Positions 49,960 through 63,582 of a DNA stretch of 64,000 nucleotides are shown here, piece by piece. The stretch comes from Squalus acanthias (lineage: Eukaryota). The stretch spans positions 101,062,001 through 101,126,000 of the forward strand of contig CM059432.1 in assembly GCA_030390025.1 (NCBI GenBank). Reading direction: 5' to 3'. The translations under genes were made by a program, and so were the position numbers. The notes beneath the pieces were generated by a model, which saw only the letters and a program-made list of their open reading frames with translations, was not told where the DNA came from and searched no databases. The stretch's first letter is position 1. Every line of letters begins with the position of its first letter.

Positions 49960-51585
49960 AGAGGACTGGCGAACAGCTAATATTATTTCTATATTCAAAA
50001 AGGGAGATAGAACAAATCCACAGAATTATAGACCAGTTAGCTTAATGTTGTTGATAGGAAAGATATTGGAATCTTTACTCAAAGATGTAATAGAAAAAAC
50101 ATCTAGAAACTGAAAATATAACAAAGAACAGTCAGCATGGATTTCAAAAGCAAAGGTCATGCTTGACCAACCTTATTGAATTCTTTGAAGAATTAACAGG
50201 AAGAGTGTATAAGGGTGATGTAGTAGACGTAATATATTTGGATTTGGATTTTCAAAAGGCCTTTGATAAAGTACCGCATAGTAGAGTCATGCCTAAAGTC
50301 AGAGGAAAAATAATAGATTGGATAGCAAACTAGCTACAAAACAGAAAACCTAGGGAGTTAAAGATAGTTACTCAGAATGGCAGAAAGTGAGAAGTGGTGC
50401 ACCACAGAGATCGATGCTGGGACCACGATTGTTGATAATTTACATAAATGATTTGGATTCACGAATCAGAAATACAGTATCAAAACTTGAGGATGACACC
50501 AATTTGGGAGGTACAGTTGATACTGAGAAGGGCTGCGACAAAGTACATGAAGCCGTTAATAAACTTGCAGAATGGGCATGTAAATGGCTAATTAATTTCA
50601 CTATAGACAAGTGTGAGGTGGTGTATTTTGGTAGGAGGAATAAGGAGGCCACCAACGCCTTAAAAAATAAGAGTTTAAATAGGGTAGATGAGCAAAGGGA
50701 TCGAGGGGTACAGATACACAAATCATTAAAAGTAGCAACACAGGTTAACAAAGCCATAAAAAGTGCAAATAATGCACTAAGGTTCATTTCCAGAGGAATA
50801 GAATTCAAAAGCAGAGAAGTTATATTAACTTATATAGAACTTTGGTTAGATCACACGTAGAGTACTGTGCACAGAACTGGTCTCTCTATTACAAAAATGA
50901 AATAGAAACACTGGAAAAAGTGCAACAAATAATTTACCAGGTTGATACCAGAGCTGAGAAGGTACAACTATCAGGAAGGACTGAACAGGCTGGGGCTCTA
51001 TTCTCTGTAAAAGACTGAAAAGTGACCTGATAAGAGTTCTTTAAAATTATGAAGGGGTTTGATATGGTAGACGTAGAGAAGATGTTTCCACTTGTGGGGA
51101 GTCCAAAACTAGGGGCCATAAATATGATAGTCACTAATACATCCAGTAATCAATTCAGGAGAAACTTCCTCACTCAAAGAGTGGTGAGAAATGTGGAACT
51201 CGCTGCCATAGCGTGGTTGAGGCAAAAAGCATAAATGCATTTAACAACAACAACTTGCATTTATATAGCAGCTTTAACATAGCAAAATGTCCCAAGGCAC
51301 TTCACAGGAGCGTAATCAGACAAAATCTGACACTGAGCCAAAGAAGGAGCTATTAGGACAGGCTTAGTAAAAGAGATAAGTTTTAAGAAGCTTCTTAAAG
51401 GAGGAGAGAGATGCAGAGATGGAGAGATTTAAGGGGAAGCTAGATAACTACATGAGAGAGAAAGAAATAGAAGGATATGTCAATAGGGTGAAATTAAATA
51501 GAGTGGGAGGAGACTCATGTGGAGCATAGACCAGTTGGGCTGAATGGCCTGTTTCTGTGTTGTAAATTCTGTGTAATTCTATGTA
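49960..51585 (+). mobile_element. CR1 LINE RT and 3' end, decayed, with an L2 tail (-) nested at ~51243-51430
   Basis: NYRPVSL, QHGFQ, DFQKAFD, IYINDLD, KLEDDT; tail TTCTGTGTAATTCTATG. Confidence 0.9.
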
Positions 51586-51589
51586 AGAG

Positions 51590-52870
51590 GCTAGAGTCAG
51601 AGGTGAGCAGTATTGGGGGCAATGCAGGGCTGAAAGAAGTTGCAGAGATAAAGTGTGGTGGGGTCATGGAGGGATGTAATGATGAAGATTTTAAATTTAT
51701 GGAGTTGGATGATGGGGAGCTCAGGATGGGGCTAATAGGCAATGAGATGTACTGCAGGGCTGGATCTGCTCAGCAGAGCTTTTGGACAAGTTGGAGTTTA
51801 TGAAGAGTGGAGGATGGGAGGCTGGCAAGCATCATATTGGAGGAGTTAAGTTTGGAAGAGACAAAGACATGTATAAATGTTTCAACAGATGGGCTGGGGT
51901 AGGGGTGGAGGCAGACAATGTTGTTGAGGTGGAAGCAATTTTGAGAATATATGGGGTCTGAAACTCAACTCAGAGATGAACAGCACCCAACGGTTGAGGT
52001 TTTGGCTCAGCTGAGACAATGGCTGGGTAGTGGAATTAAATCAAAGTCACAGGAACAGAATTTGTGGCAGGGCCGAAGATGACAGCTCTAGTCTTCCCAA
52101 TGTTGAACTGGCGGACTGGATGTCAGACAAGCAGCCTGACAATACAGAGGCAGTCAGGGGGTGGTAGTGAGTTCAGTTCCATCGGCATACATGTGGAATC
52201 TGACACCATGGGGGAGTCTTAACCCCGCATCTCTGTCCAGTGAAAATTGGAGAACAGTTTGAGCTGAGCAGGGGACATACTACTGCCTTCCTACCCTGAT
52301 CTGGCTGACAGGCTGGCTCCTTCTTTAAATAGGCAGATTGGGCTCCAAAAACGTCATCGGGGCCCACCTGCAACATTAATCCTGAGGCCTGAACAGGGGA
52401 GCAATAGTGGCTTCCCTGCCACACCACCCCTGCCACTAGCTGGATCGAGTGCCAGAACAAGCTTCTCCACAAGGAAACCTTTAGCCCCTCTGCCCTCGAT
52501 TCACTCACCTGACTGCTGCGGATGGTACCGTCAAGTCCCTCGAGCAGCCTGCTACCGCCCCAATTCCCGCTCCCGCCTGCCAACCAGGCAGTGATTTTCA
52601 CCGAGTTCAGATGGGAGTCTGATCTAATTTGTGAAAATGAGGCATGGGGGCTAAAATCTCTCTGGGCCTCAGGCGACACGGCATGCCAGCTTGCGGGTCA
52701 CACCAGCCCCACCTCCCCACCCCACATACCGCTTCCGCCTCCAGGTAAAATTGTTCCACATTGTCTGTGGATGATATTGTCAAGGGGTGGCAAGTAAATA
52801 AGGAAGAGGAGAAGGTGAAAGATGGATCCCTGTTGGACTCCAGAGGTGATGCTGTGAGGGTGAGAAAAGC
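51590..52870 (-). mobile_element. Old L2 fragment with a probable Harbinger-type MITE at ~52211-52758
   Basis: L2-like blocks (CTGGATGTCAGACAAGCAG, TACATGTGGAATCTGAC) resume after a GC-rich insert. Confidence 0.65.
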
Positions 52871-53417
52871 TATAAAATTAGGAAAATAATAGGAAGATAT
52901 TGGAAGCTTATTGTTTCACAAAATACATGGGGAATTCTGTAACCTGTGTATATTATAAAAATGTAAAAATTCACTGTGACACTTTCTGATAGCACTATCA
53001 AATACAGGAACAAGCATTTCGATATATTTGGACCTCAGATTCAGATTCACCTGAGGAGACTCCATATTTTGCTGCTTTAAATTGAACTCCAAATCCACAT
53101 TTTAAGGTCATGGTATGCGAGTCAAAATGACAATAGCTTTTATTCATGTTCTTTTGCATCAGTGTAAAGGGTTCTGCTAAGAGGCTTTTACAGGAAATTC
53201 TTCCATTTGAGCTTCAGGATAATACACTGTTTAGCATGAGTGAAATCATTTAAAAACCTGACAGACCATTCAAAATTACACAAAAAGCCCATGGTGGAAA
53301 TCAAATGGGCTCAAACCTATCATTAGAACACCTATCAACTCCCCAGCAGACTAACATACAATGGAAGAGTGCATCACCATCAACAAACAAAAAATCCTAG
53401 CACCATCTCCACCAAAC

Positions 53418-55440
53418 TCAACAACAACAACAACTTGCATTTATATAGCGCCTTTAATGTAGTAAACTGTCCCAAGGCACGTCGCAGGAGCATTATCAGA
53501 CTAAATTTTACACCGAGCCACATAAGGAGATATCAGGACAGGTGACAGAAAGCTTGGTCAAAGAGGTAGGTTTGAAGCAGCGTCTTAAAGGAAGAAGGGG
53601 CGGTTGAGAGGCAGGGGGGTATAGGGAGGGAATTCCAGAGCTTGGGGCTGAGAGAGCTGAAGGGACGACCGCCAATGGACGGGCAAAGGAAATTGGGGAT
53701 GCACAAGAGAATCATAGAATGGTTGCAGCACGGAAGGCGGCCATTCGGCCCGTCGAGCCCGTGCCAGCTCTCTGCAAGAGCACTTCAGCTAGTCCCACTT
53801 CCCCCACCCTTTCCCCGTAGCCCTGCAAATTTATTTCCTTCAGATACTTATCCGACTCCCTTTTGAAAGCTGTGATTGAATCTGCCTCCACCACCCTTTC
53901 AGGCAGCGCATTCCAGATCTTAACCACTCGCTGCGTCAAAAAGTTTTTTCTTACATCACCATTGGTTCTTTTGCCAATCACCTTAAATCTATGTCCTCTG
54001 GTTCTCGACCCTTCTGCCAATGGGAACAGTTTCCCTCTATCTACTCTGTTCAGACCCCTCATGATTTTGAACACCTTTATCAAATCTCCTCTCAATCTTC
54101 TCTGCTCCAGGGAGAACAACCCCAGCTTCCCCAGTCTATCAACGTAACTGAAGTCCCTCATTCCTGGAATCATTCTCGTAAATATTTTCTGCACCCTCTC
54201 GAAGGCCATCACATCTTTCCTGCAGTGTGGTGCCCAGAATTGGACATAGTACTCCAGTTGGGGCCGAACCAGTGTTTTATACAGGTTCATCATAATTTCC
54301 ACACTTTTGTATGCCTCTATTCATGAAGCCCAGGATCCCATAAGCCTTTTTAACTGCTTTCTGAACCTGCCCTGCCTCCTTCAACGATTTGTGCACACAT
54401 ATCCCCAGGTCTCTCTGTTTGTGCACCGTCTTCAGGATTGTACCATTTAGTTTGTATGTCCACTCCTCATTCTTTCCACCAAAATGTATCACTTCACACT
54501 TTTCTGCGTTAAATTTGATCTGCCACGTGTCGGCCCATTATGTCTTCCTGACGTCTATCATTCTCCTCCTCACTGTTCACTATACTTCCAAGTTTTGTGT
54601 CATCTGCAAATTTTGAAATTGTGCCCTGTACACCCACGTCCAAGTCATTAATATATATCAAGAAAAGCAGTGGTCCTAGAACCGACCCCTGGAGAACACC
54701 ACTGTATACGTTCCTCCAGTCCGAAAAACAACCGTTCACCACTACTCTGTTTCCTATCACTTAGCCAATTCCGTACCCATGCTGCTACCGTCCCTTTTAT
54801 TCCATGGGCTTCAACTTTGCTGGCAAGCCTATTATGTGGCACTTTGTCGAACGTCTTTTGGAAATCCATGTATACTACGTCAACTGCATTACCCTCATCA
54901 ACCCTCTCTGTTACCTCATCAAAAAACTCAATCAAGTTAGTTGAACACGATTTGCTTTTAACAAATCCGTACTGGCTTTGCTTAATTAATCCACACTTAT
55001 CTAAGTGACTGTTAATTTTGTCTCTGATTATTGTTTCTAAAATCTTCCCCACTACCGAGGTCAAACTGACTGGCCTGTAGTTGCTGGGTTTATCTTTACA
55101 CCCTTTTTTGAACAAAGAGGCCAGAATTGGAGGAACACAGAGATCTCGGAGGGTTGTAGGGTTGGAGGAGATTACAGAGATCGAGAGGGGCAAGGCATGG
55201 AGGGATTTGAACACAAGAATGAGATTTTTAAAATTGAATCGTTGCTGGACCGGGAGCCAATGTTGGTCAGTAAGCATAGGGGTGATGGGTGAACGGGATG
55301 GTGCAAGTCAGGATACAGGTAGCAGAGTTTTGGATGAGCTCAAGTTCACGGAGGGTAGAAGATGGGACGCCGGCCAGGAGAGCATAGGAATAGTCAAGTC
55401 TGGAGGTACCAAAAGCATGGATGAGAGTTTCAACAGCAGA
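53418..55440 (-). mobile_element. L2 3' end (53418-53709 and 55113-55440), split by CR1
   Basis: (CAA)n TTGCATTTATATAGCGCC tail; LTDQHWLPVQQR; rejoins at AAGAG|GCCAGAATTGG. Confidence 0.85.
53710..55112 (-). mobile_element. CR1 LINE RT and 3' end
   Basis: NYRPVSLTSVVGK, MDFQKTFD, KFADDTKLG, RRLRGDLIKVFKIM. Confidence 0.93.
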
Positions 55441-55777
55441 TAGTGATAGGTACTAGTGATAGAAAGGGTGCATTATTGCAGTTTATCACCTCCGCTCCCA
55501 CCTGGACCAGAAGGATTGAGCCACCACATTTTCATCATAACAAGTAATAAAATGGATACACCACTGCCATGAAGCCACATACCCTTTTCATACTATACTA
55601 CCACAATTCAAACATTCAGACACAAACTACAAAACCACCAACTCACCCCATGACTAGACTACTGGGAATCAGATAGATGCACACTCACCACAAGGCATTG
55701 TAACTCACCTTCCCTTCTAAAAACAAATCTGGATTCTGACCTGTATTTTCAAAGTAAATACATAAAGTAGCACTTAC

Positions 55778-55832
55778 CTTTCTCACTCTGTGGATCCAAC
55801 CAGAGAAGGCGGTCACTAGCCTGACAATGGAC
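55778..55832 (-). other. Candidate 55-nt internal exon of an unidentified host transcript
   Basis: Apparently unique sequence; acceptor ccttggttgtccctttgtcag| and donor AAG|gtaagt; two open frames (VHCQASDRLLWLDPQSEK or SIVRLVTAFSGWIHRVRK). Confidence 0.4.
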
Positions 55833-56688
55833 CTGACAAAGGGACAACCAAGGTGGCAGCATGCATGTGGAAAAGGAGGATTGTCCCTCTTGGTGTGGGT
55901 GCTTTCTTCCCTCCCACCCCCCTCCCCAAGAAAAAAAGGCTCACATATCAGGATTACTAAAGTCTCATAACTGTTCAATTTCAAGTATTACAGTCATAAG
56001 TCAGGCCAATTCAGGTTCAGAGTATGATTTATTCCTCATATCTTCCTTAATATAATACAGTAAAAAAATAACTTGAGAGAGTCAGGATCTTCTGATAATC
56101 ATAGGAACAGGAGTAGGCCACTCAGCCACTCGAGCCTGTTCCACCGTTCAATTTGATCATTGTTTATCTGTATCTCAACTCCATATAACTAACTTTAATG
56201 CCATTAAAGTTACCACAAAGGCTCTCCTAATAACAGAGCCAAAGTGACCAAGAAGATATTGGTTTTGAACCTGGTCCTTGCTGAGATAGCTGATCTATCC
56301 TATGGTAGTAGGGACATTATAAGTGCCCTCAGCTCTCTGGACTAGGGAGAGGAAAGTTGGCTGGGGCTTCAGCTGGAAGTCTATTTGTGTGTGGACATTG
56401 AGTTAGAACAGAATAGGATACCACATCTTCAAATAGCATGCTAGTGCCCACCTCAAGGGTCACACATGGATAATGGGCAAGGTATCAGAGAGCAGCCAGT
56501 GTCCACTGAATCTTATCCCAGCAACGAATCAATGCTTCCAGGAGAATGGGAGACTGAAGATAATTAGTGAGGAAGATAGTACAAAGATACACCATGCGAA
56601 GGCGCTAGGAACATGACAGCTTGCCACTGCACGATAAAAGATGTAATGCTTGTACCTTTTTATCAGAACCTATTTCCCAAATTCCGTT

Positions 56689-59600
56689 ACAACAACAACC
56701 TGCATTTATATAGCGTCTTTAACATACAAAAGCATCCCAAGGTGCTTCACAGGAGCATTATCATACAAGATTTGACACTGAACCACACAAGTCGATTTTA
56801 AGACAGGTGGGTCACAGAGGTATGTTTTAAGGAGCATCTTAAAGGTGGACAGAGAAAGTGGAGCGGCGGAGAGGATTAGGGAGGGAATTCCAGAGCTTAG
56901 GGTCGAGATAGCTAAAAGCATGGCCGCCAATGGAGGTGAGAAGGAAATCTGGGATGCACAAAAGGCCAGAATTGGAGGCATGTAGGGTTCTCAGAGGATT
57001 GTAGGGTTGGAGAAAATGACCGAGATAGGGAGGGGTGAGGCCATGGAGTGATTTGAACACAAGGATGAGAATTTGAAATTTGAGGCATTGCTAGACCGGG
57101 AGTCAATCTATGTCAGCAAGCACAGGTGTTATGGGTGACTGGGACTTGGTGCGAGTTAGGATACAGGCAGCAGAGTTTTGGATAAGCTCAAGTTTATGGA
57201 AGGTGGAAGATGCGAGGCCAGCTAGGAGAGCATTGGAATAGTCGAGTCTGGAGGTAACAAAGGCATGAATGACTGTTTCAGCAGCAGATGGGCTGAGGCA
57301 GGGTCAAAGACAGCTGATATTACGGAGGTGGAAGTAGGCTGTCTTGGTGATGGAGAGGACATGGTGTCAGAAGCTCAGCTCAAAATTGAATAGGACATCG
57401 AGGTTGCAAATAGTCTTATTCAGCCTCAGAAAGTGGCTCAGTACTGGATGTCAGGCAAGCAGCATGGCAAACCAGAGGCAGTGGAGGGTTCGAGGAGGTG
57501 GTGGTGAGGTAGAGCTAGGTGTTGTTAGCATACGTATAGAATCTGATGTGTTTTCGGAAGATGTTACCGAGGGGCAGCATGTAGATGAGAAGTAGGAAGA
57601 GATGCCATTGCAGGAGATTCTCTGGCTATGACCGGATAGATAAGAATGGAACCAGGGAAGGGCAATCCCACTCAGCTGAACAATGGAGGAGAGGTGTTGG
57701 AGAAGGGATAGTGCACATGGTCACAGTCACATAGGATGCCATTTGAGACTTTGATTAGGTCAGTTTCAGTGCTGTGGCAGGGATGGAAACAAACATGGAG
57801 TTGCGGGAAAGGTGAGCACGGATTCGGGAGGCGACAACACGTTCAAGGACTTTGGACAGGAAAGGGAGATTGAAGATGGGGTAATAGTTTGCAAAGAATG
57901 AAGGGTCTAGGATTTTTTTTTTTGAAGGGGAGTTGAGAATGACAGATTTGAAAGGGAGGGGGACAGTTCCAGAGGAGAGGAAAACATTTACAATATCAGC
58001 AGGCATGGGGAGCAAGGGGGGAATTTGGGTGGTCAGCATTTTCATGGGAGTAGGGTCAAGAAAGCAAGAGGTGGGTCTCATGGACAAGGTGAGGGGAGAT
58101 AAGAGAGAAACTAGAGAAAAATGTGAGTTCAGAGCTGGGGCAGAGGGGAACCTTAGGGGAAGTTTGGCTTGATGGGCAAGGGGAAGGGAGGGATGGGACA
58201 GAGGCAGCTGAACAGACAGTCTCAGTCTTATTGATAAACAAGTCCATGAGCTCCTCACACTTGTTGGTGGACCTGATGGTGGAGGGGGCAGGGGTTGGAG
58301 GTTTAAGGTGATGGTTGGTAGTGGAGAAGAGAAGCTGGGAGTTATCTTGGCATTCCAGGATGATCCTGGAGTAGTAAGCAGTTTTGGCAGAGGAAAGCAG
58401 GACCTGATAGTGCTCGATATGTTCCAGCCAGATCTGATGAGAGATGGCTAAACCAGTTGTCCGCCATAAATGTTCAAGTCTGCATCCCTTGGACATAAGA
58501 GAGTGGAGATGGGGGCTGTATCGGGGGAACGACCAGGGTAGGAGTAACTGTTCTACTGGGGACAAGGGCATCAAAGATGGAGGTGAGGGTGTGATTGAGG
58601 AGATCGGTAGCTGCACAAGTATCATGGCAAATGGAGGGCCAAAGGCTGATATTTAGCAATTTGAAAGTGCCATTGTAAGTGACATGGGGAGTGTTTTTTT
58701 CAGGGGTAGCTGCAGCAGGAAGTGGGTTGGAAGTGATCAAAAATGGCCTTACCTATGATTGAGACAGTGGGAGTAGAGAGGTCAGGTGAGATGGCATGAT
58801 CGAGGAGGAGGCTGTGAACATGGGTAGGAGAGTTTATAAGTAGGGAGAGGTTAAGGGAGGACAGGAAGGCAGTGAACTCAGAGGAAAAGGAGCAAGTTGA
58901 GTTGAGATGGAGGTTGAAATCTCCAAGACTGAGAAGTTGCTTGCTACAGAGGCTGAGGGAGGAAAACCGGGAGGATATCTGCAGGAGAAACTTGCCGTGG
59001 TACTTGGATGGGCAGTAGAGAATAAAGATTTTAAAGGAGAGGTAAGAGGAATGGAATAAGGTGAGTTGCTCAAAGAAGAAGATGCCAGAGGAGTAGAGGG
59101 ACAGACCAAGGTAATATTTGGTGATAAGGGCCACACCACCGCGACTATTTGAGCAGGGCAGGTGGTGGAAGGTACAGCCATGCGGGGAGGCTTCTTTACA
59201 GAAGAAGGTGTCATTACCTGTGAGCCAAGTTTCTGTCAAGGCCATGATGTCGATGCAATCATCCACAATAAGGTTATTGATGGCAAGGGCCTTGTTCACA
59301 AGTGAACGGACATTCTAGAGAGAGATGCGGAGATAGTTGATGCATTGGCAGAATACAGAGTCAGCGGTGTTGAGAGATAACTGGGATGGGACTGAGGTTG
59401 GGAAAATTAACTCCCAGTGGGAGCGCTGGGTGGGAAGGTCGGTGAGAGAGTAGGATGGAGCAGTTGGGATTGCTGCTCATAAGGAGGCAGACGTGAGTAC
59501 CTCGTGGGCCCTTTGGAGAATGCTGAGAGAGGCACAGAGGGAAGAGTGAGCCAAGCCTGGGACGGTGGTAGGAGAGTAGGAAGGTCAAGTAGTGAAGGGT

Positions 59601-59750
59601 TGGGGCTAGGGATTTGGGGGAGGCAAAGTACCCGAGAGGGGAGAAATGAAAGGAGGCATGACTGGGTAACAGGAAGGTGGAGAGACAGGAGAGAAGGGTC
59701 CAAGTGGGGTAAAGAGAAGAGAAGAAAAAGGGAAATAGAAGTAATGGGTT
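56689..59750 (-). mobile_element. Long, internally deleted L2 LINE including the endonuclease region
   Basis: ORF 58700-59299 has IDIMALTETWL..LGDFNLH; NYYPIFNLPFLSKVLERVV; L2 tail at 56689. Confidence 0.9.
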
Positions 59751-60377
59751 CAGGTCTGGAGCAGCAGCCAAAAGAAGTAACAAATGATCAGATTGTAAAA
59801 TTAATTTTTTTAATTTATATTTATCCAATTCTGTTTCTTTATCGACACAATACAGCACAAGTCAAAGCACCTGTTTTGTCCAGTCCCTCTGTCTTAATAT
59901 TAGACTTAACACAGGTCTTGAACCTTGACTTAGATCCAACTCTCAAACCTATTTTTGATTGTGGCCATGACTCTTACGCCTAGAGCTAGATTTGACTGTT
60001 ACTTTGGGCCAAGTAGTGGCCTTGACATGAATCTTTGCTCTAACTGCAGTCCTGATCATTCAGGATGTGGTGGAAGAGTGAGGCTGACCATACTAAGAGT
60101 AGGTTCAGCTTATGGTTCAATTGGGCTATCAGAAAGTGCAAGTCCCCTGAATCTGTCCTGGTATCCCAACAAAGGAATTACCACAGTAATCACACAGAAT
60201 TGATTCAAGACTGAGAGCCAATAGTGCAAGATCAAAATCATGTTGTCTTTATAGTCAAATGTTAATGCTGCTTCCTTCATGAAGATACTGCCTCTAATGG
60301 TTATTTTGCCAATTATCTTAAATCTGTGGCTTTTAGTTACCAACCCATCCGCCAGTGGAAACAGTTTCTCCTTATTT

Positions 60378-60495
60378 TAGGGTTGCCAACACTGGTTGGA
60401 GGTGTTCCTGGAGGTTTGATCACAAGACATTCTGACCACATGACATCTGACCATGTGATGTCTGATCACATGACATATCACCACATGATGTCTGC
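60378..60495 (+). repeat. hAT-like terminus followed by a 15-bp tandem repeat (~5 units)
   Basis: TAGGGTTGCCAAC start; TCTGACCACATGACA-like units at ~60415-60494. Confidence 0.55.
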
Positions 60496-60499
60496 AAAA

Positions 60500-61720
60500 A
60501 TTATTGCATTGAATTTGTTGAGGAGTTAACAAGGAGGGTTGTTGAGGGTAGTGCGTTTGATGTCGTCTACACGGATTTTAGCAAGACTTTTGACAAGGTC
60601 CCACATGACAGACTGGTCAGGAAAGTAAAAGCCCATGGGATCCAAGGGAAAGTGGCAAGTTGGATCCAAAATTGGCTCAGTGGCAGGAAGCAAAGGGTAA
60701 TGGTCGATGGGTGTTTTTGTGACTGGAAAGCTGTTTCGAGTGGGGTTCCGTAGGGCTCAGTACTAGGCCCCTTGCTTTTTGTGATATACATCAATGATTT
60801 AGACTAGAATGTAGGGGGCATGATTAAGAAGTTTGCAAATGTCACAAAAATTGGCCATGTGGTTATTTGAGAGGAAGAAAGCTGTAGACTACATGATATC
60901 ATCAATGGACTGGTCAGGTGGGCAGAAAAGAGGCAAATGGAATTCAATCCGGAGAGGACATTTCGGGGAGTGGGGAGGGCTAACAAGGCAAGGGAATAAA
61001 TGGTAGGATACTGAGAAGTGTAGAGGAACAGAGGGACCTTGGAGTGCATGTCCACAGATCCCTGAAGGTAGCAGAACAGGTAGATAAGGTGGTTAAGAAG
61101 GCATACAGGATACTTTACTTTATTAGCCGAGGCATAGAATATAAGAGCAGGGAGGTTATGCTTGAACTGTATAAAACACAGCTAGAGTACAGTTCTGGTC
61201 ACCACAGTACAGGAAACATGTGATTGCACTAGAGAGGGTACAGGGGAGATTTACGAGGATGTTGCCAGGACTAGAGAATTTTAGCCATGAGGAAAGATTG
61301 GATAGGCTGGGGTTGTATTTTTTGGAATGGAGGAGGCTGAGGGAAGACTTGCTTGAGGTGTATAAAATTATGAGGGGCCTAGATAGAGTGGATAGGAAGG
61401 ACCTATTTCCCCTAGCAGAGAGGTCAATAACCAGGGGGCATAGATTTAAAGTAATTGGTAGAAGGATTAGAGGGGAGTTGAGGAGAACTTTTTTCACCCA
61501 GAGGGTGGTTGGAGTCTGGAACTCACTGTCTGAAAGGGTGGTAGAGGCAGAAATCCTTACCGCATTTAAGAAGTACTTGGATATGCACTTGAAGTGCTGT
61601 AACCTACAAGGCTACGGACCAAGAGCTGGAAAGTGGGATTAGGCTGGATAGCTCTTTTTCGACCGACGCAGACACGATGGGTTGAATGGCCTTCTTCTGT
61701 GCCGTAAATTTCTATGATTT
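60500..61720 (+). mobile_element. CR1 LINE RT and 3' end
   Basis: ORF 61220-61642 ALERVQGRFTRMLPG..GKWD; TTTCTATGATT tail; same subfamily as 4251-6145. Confidence 0.92.
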
Positions 61721-62741
61721 ACCTTATAAAGGTTGGGTCCCCTGTAATTGAGTATTTTTGCTCGTGCCTGTAGCTATTGTGCAAGAAGTTCCGAGAACCA
61801 GGAAACCACCATTAAAGTACTTTGATTCCACCAGTAACTAATAGTAACTCACTGAAATTGCACTGATAACTAATAATACTGGTAACAATCAGATTCCCCT
61901 CAGAACCAATATAATAACTCACTGATAGTCTATATGTAACTGGTAGTAATAGGTGTAACACCCCAATATCCTACCTGCAACTAGTAGTAATCCTATAACT
62001 CGCTGATAGTCACCCTGAAACTACAACCAAACAATCTCCAGCACTGCACAAGGTGTGGTCTGGCTCCCCAGTCAATGCCACTTTTAACAAGCCCCATCTC
62101 TCTTTGGACTCTGGTTTGGACTTGGGTTCTGTGTGAAGATGACAGTTCAGAACTGGGAGCCTCAATCAGAGCCAATCTTTACTTAGACTTCAAAAGTCAA
62201 AACCCTCTGGCACAGACTGACCTGAACCAAACTGAGGGATTGCACAAAGGGCAGTGGGCTCAGAGTTTGGGACACTAGTCACAGGACACGTTGTCCAAAA
62301 CTCAGCTCAGCACCAATATTTCTAAACTACTCCCTGGGCTTGGACTCAATAGAGGAGAGTTTTCAATTTTCATAGAATTATAGAATTTACAGCACAGGAG
62401 GCCATTCGGCCCCCAGTGCCGGTGCCTGTGCTCGCTCCTGTAACCCTATTCCTCCCAGATCCTTTTAAAATCTTCCTTTTCAAATATTTATCGCATTCCC
62501 TTTCAAATGATGCTCCAGTCTCAACCTCAATAACCACTTGTGGTGAAGCATCCGATGATCTAATAGCTTTCAGTTCCAGCACCTTCCTTCTACTTTCCTC
62601 CTTGGCTCTTCCAGAGTGAATCCTCAGTCTTGGTCCCCTTGTTCCCCACTAGTGGAAAAAATCTTTTACTATTTACGCACAGCACAAGGTTTCACTCACC
62701 CCTTTACTGGCTGCTCCTCTCGCGACGCTGCTCGCACTCAC

Positions 62742-62760
62742 CATGTTGCTGATCCCGGCT
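62742..62760 (-). other. Candidate start-codon exon (ends in ATG; alternative in-frame donor at 62700)
   Basis: ttttctgcag|AGCCGGGATCAGCAACATG|gtgagt; A at -3; locally CpG-rich; TCTCGCGA motif at 62718-62725. Confidence 0.4.
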
Positions 62761-62914
62761 CTGCAGAAAATATTGGTCCCTACGCCCACCCCATTCTTTC
62801 CCCCCTGCTCAAGCCTCAATTTCCCGACCTCCATACTTCTTCCCTCTCCCCACCCGAGTCCCAATCCCCCAGTCCCCTTCTGTCCCCAACCCCCATCCCC
62901 CTGACCCCCATTCT

Positions 62915-63421
62915 GCAGTCTCCCTCTCTCTGCCCAACCCCCCCTATTCCCAATACTCCCTCTCTCTGCCCAACCCCCCCTATTCCCAATACTCCCTCTC
63001 TCTGCTCAGCCCCCCCATTCCCCAATCTCCCTCTCTCTGCCCAACACCGCCATTCCCAAATCTCCCTCTCTCTGCCCAACTCCCCCATTCCCAATACTCC
63101 TTCTCTCTGCCCAACCCCCCATTCCCCAATCTCCCTCTCTCTAACCAACACCCCCATTCCCAAATCTCCCTCTCTCTGCCCAACCTCCCCATTCCCCAAT
63201 CTCCCTCTCTCTGCCCAACACCGCCATTCCCAAATCTCCCTCTCTCTGCCCAACTCCCTCATTCCCAATACTCCCTCTCTCTGCCCAACCCCCCATTCCC
63301 CAATCTCCCTCTCTCTAACCAACACCCCCATTCCCAAATCTCCCTCTCTCTGCCCAACCTCCCCATTCCCCAATCTCCCTCTCTCTGCCCAACCCCCCCA
63401 TTCCCCAATCTCCCTCTCTCC
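62915..63421. repeat. C-rich minisatellite, ~35-bp unit with a 174-bp higher-order duplication
   Basis: Unit CTCCCTCTCTCTGCCCAACCCCCCATTCCCCAAT; variant CACCGCC recurs at 63045 and 63219. Confidence 0.95.
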
Positions 63422-63582
63422 TCCCACCCGACTCCCGACTGTTGCCGACACACCAGCTCTTTGGAGTGGTGGGTTGGTGGTCGAGTCGGAGTTTTCGCTA
63501 TGGTGGCTACAGTGATTTAATGGACTAGGGATGGTGGGTGGGTGGGGGAGTTGGGGCACTGCTGCAGCGGGAAATTTAGTGT

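Noticed and set aside
61830..62030. Degenerate TAGTAACTCACTGA-like repeats
   Set aside because: Low-complexity, irregular period, no further structure seen
62616..63559. 299-aa Pro/Ser-rich and 247-aa Gly/Glu-rich ORFs
   Set aside because: Translations of the minisatellite, which lacks stop codons
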